DNA from: an uncultured Lentisphaerales bacterium
GTDB lineage: Bacteria > Verrucomicrobiota > Kiritimatiellia > RFP12 > JAAYLN01
Assembly (NCBI GenBank): GCA_964542285.1
Contig: CAZIUM010000001.1
Span: forward strand, 2,751 to 66,750
Direction: 5' to 3'
Length of the DNA stretch: 64,000 nt
Shown here piece after piece: positions 39,301 through 48,529 of this stretch (the first letter of the stretch is position 1; every line of letters begins with the position of its first letter). The position numbers were made by a program, and so were the translations under genes. Below the pieces are notes generated by a model. The model made no database searches, was not told where the DNA came from, and saw only the letters and a list, made by a program, of their open reading frames with translations.

Positions 39301-40639
39301 TGATGCCGAAGGCGCCGCGTTGCGAAAGCAGGGCCGTCAGCGCCGTTCTCAGTCGCGCGTGTCGTGGGCCGCTGGCGGCCAGGCGATGGTTGTCGTGGGT
39401 TTCGGCGAAATGCACCAGCGGACCGGCATGCGTCGAAAGCGGCAGCAGGTCACGGGAATACCGTTCCACCTCCCGCGCGGGCCCGACCTGGAACAGCTCC
39501 GAGTAGGCCCAATCCAGGTTGGACTCCGTCAGCAACTGTTCCGTGACCTCGACTTTGCCGCCTAGACCTTCCAGCAGGAAGAGGGTGTCCGGGTACTCGC
39601 GTCGCACGCGGGCTACGATGTAGGTCCAGGTTGCGGCGGGAATCATGTAGCCGGCATCGCAACGAAACCCGTCGGCACCCTGGCGGCACCAGAAAAGGAA
39701 AACCTCCGCCATGTAGGTGCGCAGCGCCGGTTCGCGGTAGTCCAGGGCCACCAGATCCTCCCAGACCGTGCCCCAGGCTCCCGGCGACGTGAAATGCCCG
39801 TCGTGGGTGCGTTGAAACCACTCGGGATGGTGCGTTTGCAGCGTCGAGGCCCATCCGGTGTGGTTGGCGGGAATGTCGAGGAACAATCCGGCGCCGCGGG
39901 CATGCACGGCGTCGGCCAGTTCGCGAAACTGATCCAGCGGAGTGGTGCGACGGTCGAACTCGGCCAGGGCGGGATCGACCGCCATGAAATCGAGCGCCGC
40001 GAAAGGACTGCCGAAGCGGCCCATGCGGGCGTAGCTGGTGGGCGTGGGGTGGATCGGCAGCAATTGCAGGATGCGGCAGCCGAGGGTGCCGACGATGTGG
40101 TCGAGGCGGCGAATCAGGTCGCGGAAGGTGCCCGAAGGGGGAATCGCATGGTAGCCGCACGCATCCAGGCGGCGCTCGGCTTGACGGATATCCTCTTCGT
40201 TCTCCTCCCCCGCGCGTTCGGTCGGTCGGAACTGCCGCACGAAGGCGGTATAGATCGAATTGGCGCGGGCCCCGCTGGCGGGCGAGACCTTGAGACGGCA
40301 GTTTTCACCCTCGGGCCATTCGGGCGCCTGGCTGCCGCGCGGGATAAAACAAGTCTTGGCGGCAAACCATCCGACGTCGAGTAACGGCATCCGCAGGCGG
40401 AAGCGGCCTTCGCCTTCGTCGATCATGGGGATGTCATGCCAATCCGAGGCGTGAAAGGGCTTTTGCCGCTCGGTATGGGCGATGATTTCCGCCAGTCGGG
40501 CCTCGCCGCGGCCCAGGTTGGTGCGCAGGAGGGCGCGCCCCGCGCGCGGGGAGGGAAGGCGCAGGGTGAATTCGACCAGGTCGCCGGCACAATGCGCCAG
40601 CCTTGCGCCCGGAGGGGGAGTTTGAAGTAGTTGTGACAT
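36365..40639 (-). CDS. glycogen debranching enzyme-like fusion (N-terminal GH13 glucanotransferase-like + C-terminal GH133 amylo-alpha-1,6-glucosidase domain)
   Basis: GH13 regions DIPANHTGWAS and GFRCDAGYMIP in the N-terminal third; C-terminal six-hairpin GDE_C signatures (PYWGHYQGDENTRRKPAYHNGTAWVWPF, GCDAQAWS). 1424 aa. Confidence 0.7.
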   Translation of the reverse strand: MSQLLQTPPPGARLAHCAGDLVEFTLRLPSPRAGRALLRTNLGRGEARLAEIIAHTERQKPFHASDWHDIPMIDEGEGRFRLRMPLLDVGWFAAKTCFIPRGSQAPEWPEGENCRLKVSPASGARANSIYTAFVRQFRPTERAGEENEEDIRQAERRLDACGYHAIPPSGTFRDLIRRLDHIVGTLGCRILQLLPIHPTPTSYARMGRFGSPFAALDFMAVDPALAEFDRRTTPLDQFRELADAVHARGAGLFLDIPANHTGWASTLQTHHPEWFQRTHDGHFTSPGAWGTVWEDLVALDYREPALRTYMAEVFLFWCRQGADGFRCDAGYMIPAATWTYIVARVRREYPDTLFLLEGLGGKVEVTEQLLTESNLDWAYSELFQVGPAREVERYSRDLLPLSTHAGPLVHFAETHDNHRLAASGPRHARLRTALTALLSQRGAFGITNGLEWLATEKLDVHGAPSLNWDASPNLVSWIARLNALLALHPAFAEARPPQWLPHQGTDNTLAFLRQGSDKSRLLVAANLDCHRSGWVAWPAEVFNSASVLDLLTGRKKQPHPLSPNRLRMELTPGEICCLGDDPTFLPRLREAETSRSSEPTDLHRRRSNLLALRLRRHLTGAHALSGDEAPDPLGASMTLDPRAFAASLMPHGGPAPLTSWTWETDRRRVVLLPRGNLLLVRAPHPFRASLECDHRTVASERSLSFADGSQGTLLLPAEGRLPKAASRAIELRLSLVVYTPENVVRTPGRLLLLPDGRDPRVRLRVGGARLRTAPYAALLTNGMGAMARVRGAWGTIQSQYDALLAANLNPRQPDNRRIFFTRCRAWLRYRGYSHALDANCTEWFEADPGGTRATWHFNVPAGMGRHVRLEFSLRMTRGRNRVTLNVTRLSAADAPDALADHEAVGIVLRPDIEARNFHEKTSAQTAPANAFHQAMQNGPSGFDFAPTRDEQYRIAVDVGAYHPDPLWLTQVPHPEEAGRGLGASSDLFSPGWFRIDLQAGQRSHLVAEALTDPPASVTEAVTVNPSTPRLPLPDVLTRALDAFVVKRDDLLTVIAGYPWFLDWGRDTLIVLRGMIAAGRAEETLEILREFGRLEQQGTLPNMIRGDDASNRDTSDAPLWFAVATFDAIRSLGLDTVLEADCGGRPLARVLISIARHYRDGTPNGIHTDPESGLIFSPSHFTWMDTNFPAGTPREGYPVEIQSLWIHMLTGLRKYLAMEEFGTIEQHARDSLARLYPQPEGWLADNLQAAPGTRAAEAQPEDALRPNQLLAIALEAIELDAAPAILRACETLLVPGAIRSLADRPVKRPQPIAGPDGLLNDPLHPYWGHYQGDENTRRKPAYHNGTAWVWPFPLYGEALLKIHGASAKPLVRSLLTSIVPLLEEGCVGQAPEILDGDAPHRQRGCDAQAWSLSETLRVWLMCDAL

Positions 40640-40660
40640 GCCTGGAATTGCACCTTCAGT

Positions 40661-43021
40661 CTAGTCGATGCGCCAGCGAGGGGGATTGCCGACGAGGGTG
40701 CGCGCCAGGGTTTCGATGGCCAGGTCGCGGCCGGCGGCGGATATCCGTCCGTCGATCACCGGAATGGTGGCGGAGCGGGTATGGCACATGGTGTAGAAAT
40801 CCACCACGGTCAGTCCATAGGCATCCGCGACGCGCACTACGGCTTCGGCATAGGCGCGCATGGGATCGCGCGCGTCGGACGGGGTCGTCAGGCCCGGGGG
40901 ACGCAGGCCGGGCGGGGGGGTCACCAGCAGCACCTCGCAGCCCGCGGCGTCGCGCAGCAGGCCGGCCGTGGCGGACAGTTGCCGTTCGAAATCCTCGAGC
41001 GATTCTCCTTGTCCGGCCCCCCGCATGGCCGGAGCGACGATCGCGACATCGGCGGGCAGCAGTTCCGACAGCGCGGCCAACGGCGCCAGTCGCGCCAGGC
41101 CGTGAAGCCAATGCGCCGCGCCCAGCGTCGTCTGGTCCACCCGGAGAAATCCTCCCGTGAGCCAATCCGCGGTGGTTGTCTGCCCTCCGAAGGTCCGCAG
41201 CTCCGCCGCCAGACGGTCTTCCAGGAGATTGTTGGCATCATCGTCCGCCGCGTCATCCGGTTCCAGAAAGCCGTCCAGCAGCACGACCCGGTCGCCGCGA
41301 CGCAACCCGCCAAAGGGAGGCGGATGTCCGCTCGAAGCCCGGCGGGGCACGAGAATGCAGACGGTCTCCTCGTCCATGAGCAAGGCGCCGTTCAGCGAGG
41401 AGGGCAGCCGATCGAAGGGCGGGCGCATGAAGTCCGCGGCTCCTTGGTCGATTACCGCGCCGGCATGGAGCACCTGCCAGCGGATCGATCGGTACGCGCG
41501 CACATTGCCGTCGGGAAGAAGGACTCTTCCCCCGCCCTTTTCGAGCCGCACTGTCCGATGCAGGCGGCGCTCGCTGCCGTCCGGAGCCGTAATGAAGATG
41601 ACCAGGTCCAGGGGCAGGTCCGGGGGAACGGTGCCACGCAGTTGGATTTCGGGATGTAAGGGATCGTCGTCGTAGCAGATCGGGGAAACGCCCTGTAGTC
41701 GGGTCGCCAGACGGTATTCGGTGGGAACATCCTCGGGAATCGTAACCGTTAACGCGGCGGTTTCTCGCGCTCCCGCGGCATTTTCCACCATCAGTTGGAT
41801 GGTTTGGTTTCCGGTGGTATTGAAAATGTGGCGCCAGGCGGGTTCGGTGTTCAGGAGTCGGTCTCCGTCCATCCAGCGGCACCGGACCTGTCCGGCGCCT
41901 TCCCAGGCCACATGCATGCTGCGCAGACGGGCGGGCGTGAAGACGGAGGAACATCCGAGGAAGCGGTAGCCCGGCTCGAGCCGGCAGTCGGCCCCGGCAT
42001 GCAGTACGGCGCCGATGTGTTCGATGCGGACGGGCACGGGACCGGCGCCCGTCAGCAGGGCCTGGTCGGGCAGGGGTGCGATCGCATCCGTGCCCGGCGG
42101 TTGCCATCCGGCCCGGAAATCGATCTCGTCGCGACAGAGGTGCATGAATTCATACGCAACCGGCCCCGCCCGCAATTCCAACGGCGCACTGGTTTCCCAG
42201 TCGTGGGTTTTCTCCGTTCCCGCCGTCAGCACCAACCGATTTTCAATCAACAGGTAGGTCGGTTGCCGGCTGTCCACGGCCAGGACATAGCGGCCGGTCT
42301 CGGGCACCCACAGCATGCCGCTCAAGCGGGCAATGTAGGTGGGACGTTTCCAGCTTTTCTGGTACCAGTTGCGCGGTCCTTTCTCCTGGCTTTTCTGCGG
42401 TTGCGGTCTCTCCATCCGGAAGTGCACCGCATCGTGGAGACTTCGGGTCGCCATGAAACGCATTTCTTCCCAGGAAGGCGGCGCCTCGAAGGCACCCGCG
42501 CGCTGGAGGCGAACGGAAACTGGCAGGGGGTCGCGGAAGGCACCGGTCTCCGCGAGCGGGGGGCCGTTGGTGACGGCATAGACCGTCACGGTTTGATCGT
42601 TGCCGATCGTCGAACAGTTCACCAGGACATGGACGAGAGCGTCCGCGTCCATGACGGTGCGAACCGGCAATTCACGGTCTTTCGCGAACGCCCGCACTTG
42701 ACCGGACGAACGGGCCTCGAAGGCTTCGTCCGGCAGTTGCACCAGGCAATAGTCGCGGTCGGACGGTTTGTCGAATACCGCGCGCAACGGCGCCTGGGCC
42801 AGCTTCCAGGGCGGATCCGGCGCCTGGGCCGGCAGACAGGGCGCCCAAAGCGACCAGCAAGCCAGCCACGCAAGGCCGCGAAGGATTCCACGACTGCATA
42901 CTCCAGAACGCGGAGATGCCGGAGCGGGGTCGGGGGACGCGGCGAACCGCGTTCCTTCGGTCGGGACAACGCAATGCCGATGCAGGGGCTGTTTCGTCCG
43001 GGATGGGGTCGGAAACGGCAT
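40661..43021 (-). CDS. secreted or membrane-anchored protein with a PA14-like domain and a degenerate SGNH-like C-terminal domain
   Basis: Hydrophobic signal-like segment LRGLAWLACWSLWAPCLPAQA about 40 aa after the first ATG; PA14-like GRYVLAVDSRQPTYLLIENRLVL; SGNH-like blocks in the C-terminus lack the catalytic Ser/His. Start uncertain. Confidence 0.45.
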   Translation of the reverse strand: MPFPTPSRTKQPLHRHCVVPTEGTRFAASPDPAPASPRSGVCSRGILRGLAWLACWSLWAPCLPAQAPDPPWKLAQAPLRAVFDKPSDRDYCLVQLPDEAFEARSSGQVRAFAKDRELPVRTVMDADALVHVLVNCSTIGNDQTVTVYAVTNGPPLAETGAFRDPLPVSVRLQRAGAFEAPPSWEEMRFMATRSLHDAVHFRMERPQPQKSQEKGPRNWYQKSWKRPTYIARLSGMLWVPETGRYVLAVDSRQPTYLLIENRLVLTAGTEKTHDWETSAPLELRAGPVAYEFMHLCRDEIDFRAGWQPPGTDAIAPLPDQALLTGAGPVPVRIEHIGAVLHAGADCRLEPGYRFLGCSSVFTPARLRSMHVAWEGAGQVRCRWMDGDRLLNTEPAWRHIFNTTGNQTIQLMVENAAGARETAALTVTIPEDVPTEYRLATRLQGVSPICYDDDPLHPEIQLRGTVPPDLPLDLVIFITAPDGSERRLHRTVRLEKGGGRVLLPDGNVRAYRSIRWQVLHAGAVIDQGAADFMRPPFDRLPSSLNGALLMDEETVCILVPRRASSGHPPPFGGLRRGDRVVLLDGFLEPDDAADDDANNLLEDRLAAELRTFGGQTTTADWLTGGFLRVDQTTLGAAHWLHGLARLAPLAALSELLPADVAIVAPAMRGAGQGESLEDFERQLSATAGLLRDAAGCEVLLVTPPPGLRPPGLTTPSDARDPMRAYAEAVVRVADAYGLTVVDFYTMCHTRSATIPVIDGRISAAGRDLAIETLARTLVGNPPRWRID

Positions 43022-43073
43022 GGGCCGGGATACCCGGCCGCGTGGCGGCTGCGTATTCCCCGGCACCTTGGCA

Positions 43074-43088
43074 TGGCACGATTTGTGC
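43074..43088 (+). promoter_or_regulatory. sigma54-like -24/-12 element TGGCACG-N4-GTGC upstream of the pre-pilin gene
   Basis: GG-N10-GC spacing is correct with one mismatch to TGGCACG-N4-TTGC; it lies only about 16 nt from the ATG at 43104, so the assignment is weak. Confidence 0.2.
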
Positions 43089-43103
43089 GTAACTTTATCC
43101 GCT

Positions 43104-43934
43104 ATGGCAGGCATTCATTCTTCCAACAGTGGTTCGCGCCGCGTTTTTTCAGGGGCGCGCATAAACATTTGCACGCAGTTTGCGTGCCAGCGTTTGGGAT
43201 TCACCCTGTTCGAGATGATGGCGGTGGTGTTGATCATCTCGATCCTGGCCGGAATGATGACCGTGGCGATCCAGAGCGCGCGCGAAAAAGCGCGCCAGGC
43301 CGACTGCATGTCCAACCTGCGTCAGCTTGGCGCGGCGCTGGTGACCTACCGCGCCGACAATAATGGGCGCAATCCCGACTGGCTCTCCAACCTGTATCCG
43401 ACTTACATCGACGACAAGCGCGTGTATGTCTGTCGCAGCGACCGGGACCGGGGCCATGGCCGCAACCGCCCGGCGGGCATCACGGGAGCGGACAACGAAA
43501 GCAGCCAGCAATATGCCGAAACGATCGACAACGACCGTTCCGCCTATTCCGGTAGTCGCGATCATCGCCAGAACGAGGCCATCCAAGCCAACAGCTATTT
43601 TTACGAATTCAGTTGCGCCGATTGTTCCTGGCGCTCGGGCAAAACCTGGGCCGAGGCCAAGGAGGAACAGTTGCGCGAGGGCGACAATGCCAGCCTGGAA
43701 CGCATCGATGGCGTGGAGGTGCAGGTGCCCTACAGTTCCTCGCGCATGCCGATCGTGCGTTGCTTTCACCATGCCCGCCACAGCAAGATCTGGGGCTATG
43801 CCCAGGGCGTCAACGACACGCGCAGCACACGCGTGGTACAAAGCGGCATGACAATCAACGTGGCCTATGCCGGCAATGTCACCATTGCTCCCATCTGGTG
43901 GGAAGGCGCCCTGGAGGCCGGGGAAGTGCCATGA
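43104..43934 (+). CDS. prepilin-type N-terminal cleavage/methylation domain protein (type IV pilin / pseudopilin)
   Basis: ...CQRLG/FTLFEMMAVVLIISILAGMM: Gly at -1, Phe at +1, Glu at +5, then a hydrophobic helix; 31-aa leader. Confidence 0.8.
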   Translation: MAGIHSSNSGSRRVFSGARINICTQFACQRLGFTLFEMMAVVLIISILAGMMTVAIQSAREKARQADCMSNLRQLGAALVTYRADNNGRNPDWLSNLYPTYIDDKRVYVCRSDRDRGHGRNRPAGITGADNESSQQYAETIDNDRSAYSGSRDHRQNEAIQANSYFYEFSCADCSWRSGKTWAEAKEEQLREGDNASLERIDGVEVQVPYSSSRMPIVRCFHHARHSKIWGYAQGVNDTRSTRVVQSGMTINVAYAGNVTIAPIWWEGALEAGEVP

Positions 43935-44033
43935 TGCCCTGGAGTGCACTCCAATGTTGCCGCGTCGTGGCAGGATCGATTACCCTGTGCGTCGACAAGA
44001 CCGAAACCCTTATCATGTCATTAGGATACGCTC

Positions 44034-46007
44034 ATGAACGTTAACTCCAGACCATTCGCCGGAGCCGTTTACGGTTTCGTGCTGGGTGCATGCCTTTTGC
44101 TGTTGGGCGGCTGCGCCACCCCGCCGCCGGCGGCCGAGTTCGAGCATGTCGATGTCGGAAAGGCGCGCCGGTTGTTCGAGCAGAATCGCTATGCCGACGC
44201 CATCATTGCCTGTACCGAAATCCACCGGCGCGATCCCATGACCCCGGGGTTGCCCGAGTTGCAGGGCGAGATCATGCAGCGGCTGGCCGTTCTGCGGCAG
44301 CAGAATGTTACCCTGCGGCAGGAGCCTTCGGATGCCCTGGCGCTGGCGGACCTGGATCGCCAGGGAATCTTGCCCGACACGTACCGGTTGACCCAACACG
44401 TGGTGGGGGAAACCAAACCGATCCATACCCTGCCCAACGCCATGCAGCAATCCCTGGAACGGCGCATCAGCATCCATCTCACGGATGTCGATTTGACGGC
44501 GATCGTCGATCAGATCGCACAGTCCGAGAACATTAACATCGTTGCCGATGGCGGTCTCAGCGACAGCACCATGACGATTCATGTCGACGACACCCCGCTG
44601 AGCGAAGTGCTGGAGTATGTCGGGCGCAACATGGGCGTGACCTTCGCGGTGGGACAGAACATCATCTGGGTCACTCCCGGCAACGCCGCCGCGGGGGGTA
44701 CCCCGTTGCTGACCCGTATTTACCGCCTCCGCAAGGGGCTCGCGGCCGAGGAGATCGAGGGGGGGCCCGACTCGCTCGGAATCATCGAGGCGGTGCAGCG
44801 TTTCGTGCCGCCGGTTGACGGCGGCGATATCATGTTCAACACCAAAACGCATGCCATCCTGGTCAAGAACACCCGCGAGAACTTGATCTTGATCGAGGAT
44901 ATCATCGAGGCCTTCGACGTGCGTCCGCCGCAGGTGTTGATCGAGGCGCGTTTTATCAGTACCGGCGTCACGGACCTGCGCGAACTGGGAGTCGACTGGG
45001 TACTTAACAGCCCGATCCGTATTGGCGAAAAAGGGCGCGTAATGGATGGCGGGGTGGTGTATGCCAACAAGTCCCAGATCAACTCCGGGGCCTCCATTCA
45101 GTATTCCCCCTTTGCCGGTGCCGCGCAAGGGATGAACCTCACGTACGAGGGCATCCTGACGGACCCGGCCTTCCAGGCCGTGGTGCATGCGCTGGAAACC
45201 ACGGGAAACTCCCGTACTCTTTCGGTGCCGCGCGTCACGACGGTCAACAATAAGGAAGCCTCGTTGAGGGTGGGAGAAGATTTTCGTTTCTTCGAGGAGT
45301 ACGAGACCGAGGAAGTACGCACCGGCACGACGCCGGAGGGGCGCGATGTATACCAATCGCGCCTGGTGCCCACGGGTACGCCAACATTGGAGGAACTGGG
45401 CATCGAATTGGTGGTGACGCCCAGCGTGGGGGCCGACTACTCCACGATCAGTCTTAAACTGGCGCCGGAAATCAGCGAGTTCGTACGCTGGGAATATTAC
45501 GAAACGTCCGCCGGCGATTCCGACAACGATCGTGACAATGTCGCAACGAATTCAAGCCTCAGCATGATCAAACTTCCGGTGTTTCGTCGCAGCCTCGTGC
45601 AGACCGAAGTGCAGGTACGCAGCGGCGAAACCGTCATTATGGGCGGTCTGGTGACGTCCTCGAGGGTCAAGTCACGCGCTGGCACGCCGGTGTTGTCCTG
45701 GATTCCTTACCTTGGACAGCTCTTCCGGCACGATGTCTACGAGGATGTTAGCCAGAACCTGTTGATTTTCGTGACGGCCACGCTGATTTCGGATATCGGC
45801 GAGGAGTTGATTCCACTGGGGACTCCGGAACCGCTGTCTTCCGACGGACGGGTGGAGCTGGGGGGCGTGCGCACGGAACCCTCCGAGCAAGCCGCCGCGG
45901 GGACCGAGGAGCCGACAACCGCTGGGGAGGCAGAGCCGGAAGAGGCCGCGCCACCGCCCGAACCGGAGGCGAATGCCGGCGGCGCAGGGGATGAAGCCGA
46001 CGGGTAA
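44034..46007 (+). CDS. secretin (PilQ/GspD family) lipoprotein
   Basis: Lipobox LLLLGGCATP; secretin C-domain VPVLSWIPYLGQLFRHDVYEDVSQNLLIFVTATLI; N-domains upstream; acidic Pro/Glu-rich C-terminal tail. Confidence 0.8.
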   Translation: MNVNSRPFAGAVYGFVLGACLLLLGGCATPPPAAEFEHVDVGKARRLFEQNRYADAIIACTEIHRRDPMTPGLPELQGEIMQRLAVLRQQNVTLRQEPSDALALADLDRQGILPDTYRLTQHVVGETKPIHTLPNAMQQSLERRISIHLTDVDLTAIVDQIAQSENINIVADGGLSDSTMTIHVDDTPLSEVLEYVGRNMGVTFAVGQNIIWVTPGNAAAGGTPLLTRIYRLRKGLAAEEIEGGPDSLGIIEAVQRFVPPVDGGDIMFNTKTHAILVKNTRENLILIEDIIEAFDVRPPQVLIEARFISTGVTDLRELGVDWVLNSPIRIGEKGRVMDGGVVYANKSQINSGASIQYSPFAGAAQGMNLTYEGILTDPAFQAVVHALETTGNSRTLSVPRVTTVNNKEASLRVGEDFRFFEEYETEEVRTGTTPEGRDVYQSRLVPTGTPTLEELGIELVVTPSVGADYSTISLKLAPEISEFVRWEYYETSAGDSDNDRDNVATNSSLSMIKLPVFRRSLVQTEVQVRSGETVIMGGLVTSSRVKSRAGTPVLSWIPYLGQLFRHDVYEDVSQNLLIFVTATLISDIGEELIPLGTPEPLSSDGRVELGGVRTEPSEQAAAGTEEPTTAGEAEPEEAAPPPEPEANAGGAGDEADG

Positions 46008-46046
46008 TCGGCAACTTGAGGTCAGCGTTACGGAAATTACATCACG

Positions 46047-47774
46047 ATGTCCCGCATAAAACAACTTGTCGGATTGGACCTGGGTGCGCGTCATGCGCGG
46101 GCGGCCTGGGTGCAATTGCGTGGCGGCCAACCCCGCGTGACGCGTCTCGAGCAGATGTCGCTGCCGGTGGAGGGAGGCGATCGGGACGCCTTGTTGCGTT
46201 CCTGGCTGGAGCGCCTGGGATTGACCAAATCCTTTGCGGCCGTGGCGTTGCCCGGCAGCCAGGTGGTGTTCCAGCCCGGGCGCATTCCCCAGAACGACCC
46301 GCGCACGCCGCGACAGGCAGCAGACATGGAGCTGGCCACCTTTAACGACATGGCTGGCGACCACATGCTGGCCGATGTCTGCGACTTGGAATGGTCGCCT
46401 CAATTGCAGGTTTACCTGCTGGCCATGGCTCGTCCCTCGGTGGTGACCCGCGCGCTGGAAGGGGTCGAGTCGCTCGGCATCCGTGCCGCGGACCTGATCC
46501 CGGCGCCGATTGCGCTCTTCAATGCCCTGCGCGAACAGATCGGGAAGGACACTCAGCCCGTGATGTTCCTGAACATCGGACATACCCAGACCGAACTGGC
46601 CATCGGCACGCAAAAGGGTGTATTGTTCGCGCGTTCCATTCCCAGCGGGGGCAAGGGGTTTTCAGATGCCATCGCCCAGGCAGAGGGCGTTTCGCCCACC
46701 CAGGCGGATACCCTGAAGATGCGCGAGGGCTCCCTGCGCGAGGGCACCCCGCATGCCTCGCTACTGACCCCGCTGGCGGAACGCTGGTTTGCGCAGATCA
46801 ACGCCTGCTTCAGCGCCTATCGTGGCCCGTACAACGGACCGCCTTTTGCCGTGGGACGTATTTTGTTGTCGGGCGGCGGTGCGCGACTGGACGGTCTGGT
46901 GGAATTTCTGCGGGACCGCAGCGGCCTGGAGGTGACGTTGGCCGAACCTCCAACCGGACTGTCCGGCGAGGTCGTCGCCGGCGGAGCCTCCTGCGACCTG
47001 GCCGTCGGCCTGGCGTTGACGGCCCTGGAGGTCGGGACGGTGCACCTGTCGTTGCTGCCGCCCAAACTGCGCGACGAAGTCGTCTTTCGCGAGAAAAAAC
47101 CCTATTGGATCGCGGCATCGATCATGGGCGCCCTGACGCTGGGCGTGTTCACGGTGGGCATGATTGTTTCGTTGCGCGCCGAGACCCAGGCTCTGGAGGT
47201 GGAACGGCGCGAATTGCGCAAGCGCGAGCAGCTCGACAAGGGCATCGCCGAAATTCGCAAGCGCAACGAAACCCTGCGCGCGCAGGTCGAACCGCTGCGC
47301 AAGTTTTTACGTGGCGGCCCCACGATGCGAGAAGTCGTATCGCTGGTGGCCAATTCGATCGACGGCGGAGATTGGATTTCACTAATTTGTGACGAGACCG
47401 CCTATCTTCCGTTGGAAGAGGACCAGAAAAGCGTTCGGCCGACGCCGCCGCGCGCAGGGTTTTTCGTGCCCGGGTTTCGCACGGCGGTGAGGGAGGTCGC
47501 ACGGCCTTCCAAACCCTTGAGCACTTCGCCCGCGCCACCGAAAACTTCCGATTTCGACGTTTTTATCGTGGAAGGCTTCACTGCCGACAGCAGCCTGGCG
47601 TCGGTCAAGCTGATGATGGAACGCCTGCGCACTTCGATGCGCGTGCGCAAGGTGGACTTGCTGAGTGATGATCGCGTGCTGCCGCCGGTTCTGCCGCAAG
47701 AGCTTGCGGACGTGGTGGCGCGGCTTCCCGATGTGCGGCGATTCGTCATGCGCCTGGAGGTTACGCCATTATGA
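46047..47774 (+). CDS. pilM: PilM (actin-like ATPase fold) fused to a PilN-like TM/coiled-coil segment
   Basis: LVGLDLGARHARAAW... actin-fold N-terminus; then a single TM (WIAASIMGALTLGVFTVGMIVSL) and a coiled-coil (ETQALEVERRELRKREQLDKGIAEIRKRNETLRAQ). Confidence 0.7.
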   Translation: MSRIKQLVGLDLGARHARAAWVQLRGGQPRVTRLEQMSLPVEGGDRDALLRSWLERLGLTKSFAAVALPGSQVVFQPGRIPQNDPRTPRQAADMELATFNDMAGDHMLADVCDLEWSPQLQVYLLAMARPSVVTRALEGVESLGIRAADLIPAPIALFNALREQIGKDTQPVMFLNIGHTQTELAIGTQKGVLFARSIPSGGKGFSDAIAQAEGVSPTQADTLKMREGSLREGTPHASLLTPLAERWFAQINACFSAYRGPYNGPPFAVGRILLSGGGARLDGLVEFLRDRSGLEVTLAEPPTGLSGEVVAGGASCDLAVGLALTALEVGTVHLSLLPPKLRDEVVFREKKPYWIAASIMGALTLGVFTVGMIVSLRAETQALEVERRELRKREQLDKGIAEIRKRNETLRAQVEPLRKFLRGGPTMREVVSLVANSIDGGDWISLICDETAYLPLEEDQKSVRPTPPRAGFFVPGFRTAVREVARPSKPLSTSPAPPKTSDFDVFIVEGFTADSSLASVKLMMERLRTSMRVRKVDLLSDDRVLPPVLPQELADVVARLPDVRRFVMRLEVTPL

Positions 47775-48526
47775 ACCTGCCGCGCCTTAAAATTTCCGAA
47801 CGCCAGCAGGTGTTGTTAATCATTCCCGTGGCCATTGCCGCGATGCTCGGCATCTGGCTGGGCGTTTTGCGTCCTCAGTTCGCGCGACGGACCGAAATCG
47901 ATCAGCTCCGCCGGCAGCTCGACAACAGTCCCTATGCGAAATTGAGTCTGGAAAGCCTGGCCGAAGCCGCCAATCACGAACGCAAGCTGGGAGAACGCCT
48001 CGAGGAGGAATGGAACCGCACGGTGGAACGCCTGGCCACCTTCGAGAACCAGCGCGACCTGCGCGAGTCGGAATTCGGACGCATCGACTACAAGATGGAA
48101 CTCTTCGAAACCCGTGTGGAGTTGCAGCGACGCTCGGAGGAACTCGGCATTCCGTTGATTCCCAAGGACCTTGGGCTGGCGGACGCCCTGGGCGCCAGCG
48201 ACGCCGAGGTGCGCCTGCGCATGCTGCAACTGCGCGCCGTGGCAAAGCTCGTCGACTTGACGCTCGACCGGCGCATTCAGCGGCTGCACGCCATCACTCC
48301 CCTGGCGCCGGTGCGGCACCAGGGGCCCGACAAACGCACGGTGTTCAGCGAATATCCGGTGCGGGTCGAATTCGACGTGGCCTTCGAAAACCTTTACCTG
48401 TTGCTGCAGGCGATTTTCGATCGTCATCAAATTTTCGTGTTCCGCAACTTGCGCATAGAGTCTGGCGCCACACAGCAGGCGCCCTTGCGTGTGCGGGCGG
48501 TCATGAGCGCTCTCCTGTTCGAGTAA
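47771..48526 (+). CDS. PilO/GspM-like pilus assembly inner-membrane protein
   Basis: Single N-terminal TM (VLLIIPVAIAAMLGIWLGVL), coiled-coil, C-terminal ferredoxin-like region. Gene context is between the pilM/N fusion and a pilP-like gene; start overlaps the previous stop. Confidence 0.5.
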   Translation: MNLPRLKISERQQVLLIIPVAIAAMLGIWLGVLRPQFARRTEIDQLRRQLDNSPYAKLSLESLAEAANHERKLGERLEEEWNRTVERLATFENQRDLRESEFGRIDYKMELFETRVELQRRSEELGIPLIPKDLGLADALGASDAEVRLRMLQLRAVAKLVDLTLDRRIQRLHAITPLAPVRHQGPDKRTVFSEYPVRVEFDVAFENLYLLLQAIFDRHQIFVFRNLRIESGATQQAPLRVRAVMSALLFE

Positions 48527-48529
48527 CCT

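Noticed and set aside
37628-39565. 645-aa plus-strand ORF inside the debranching-enzyme gene
   Set aside because: Antisense to a 1424-aa gene with GH13 and GH133 signatures; composition dominated by G/R/V/Q.
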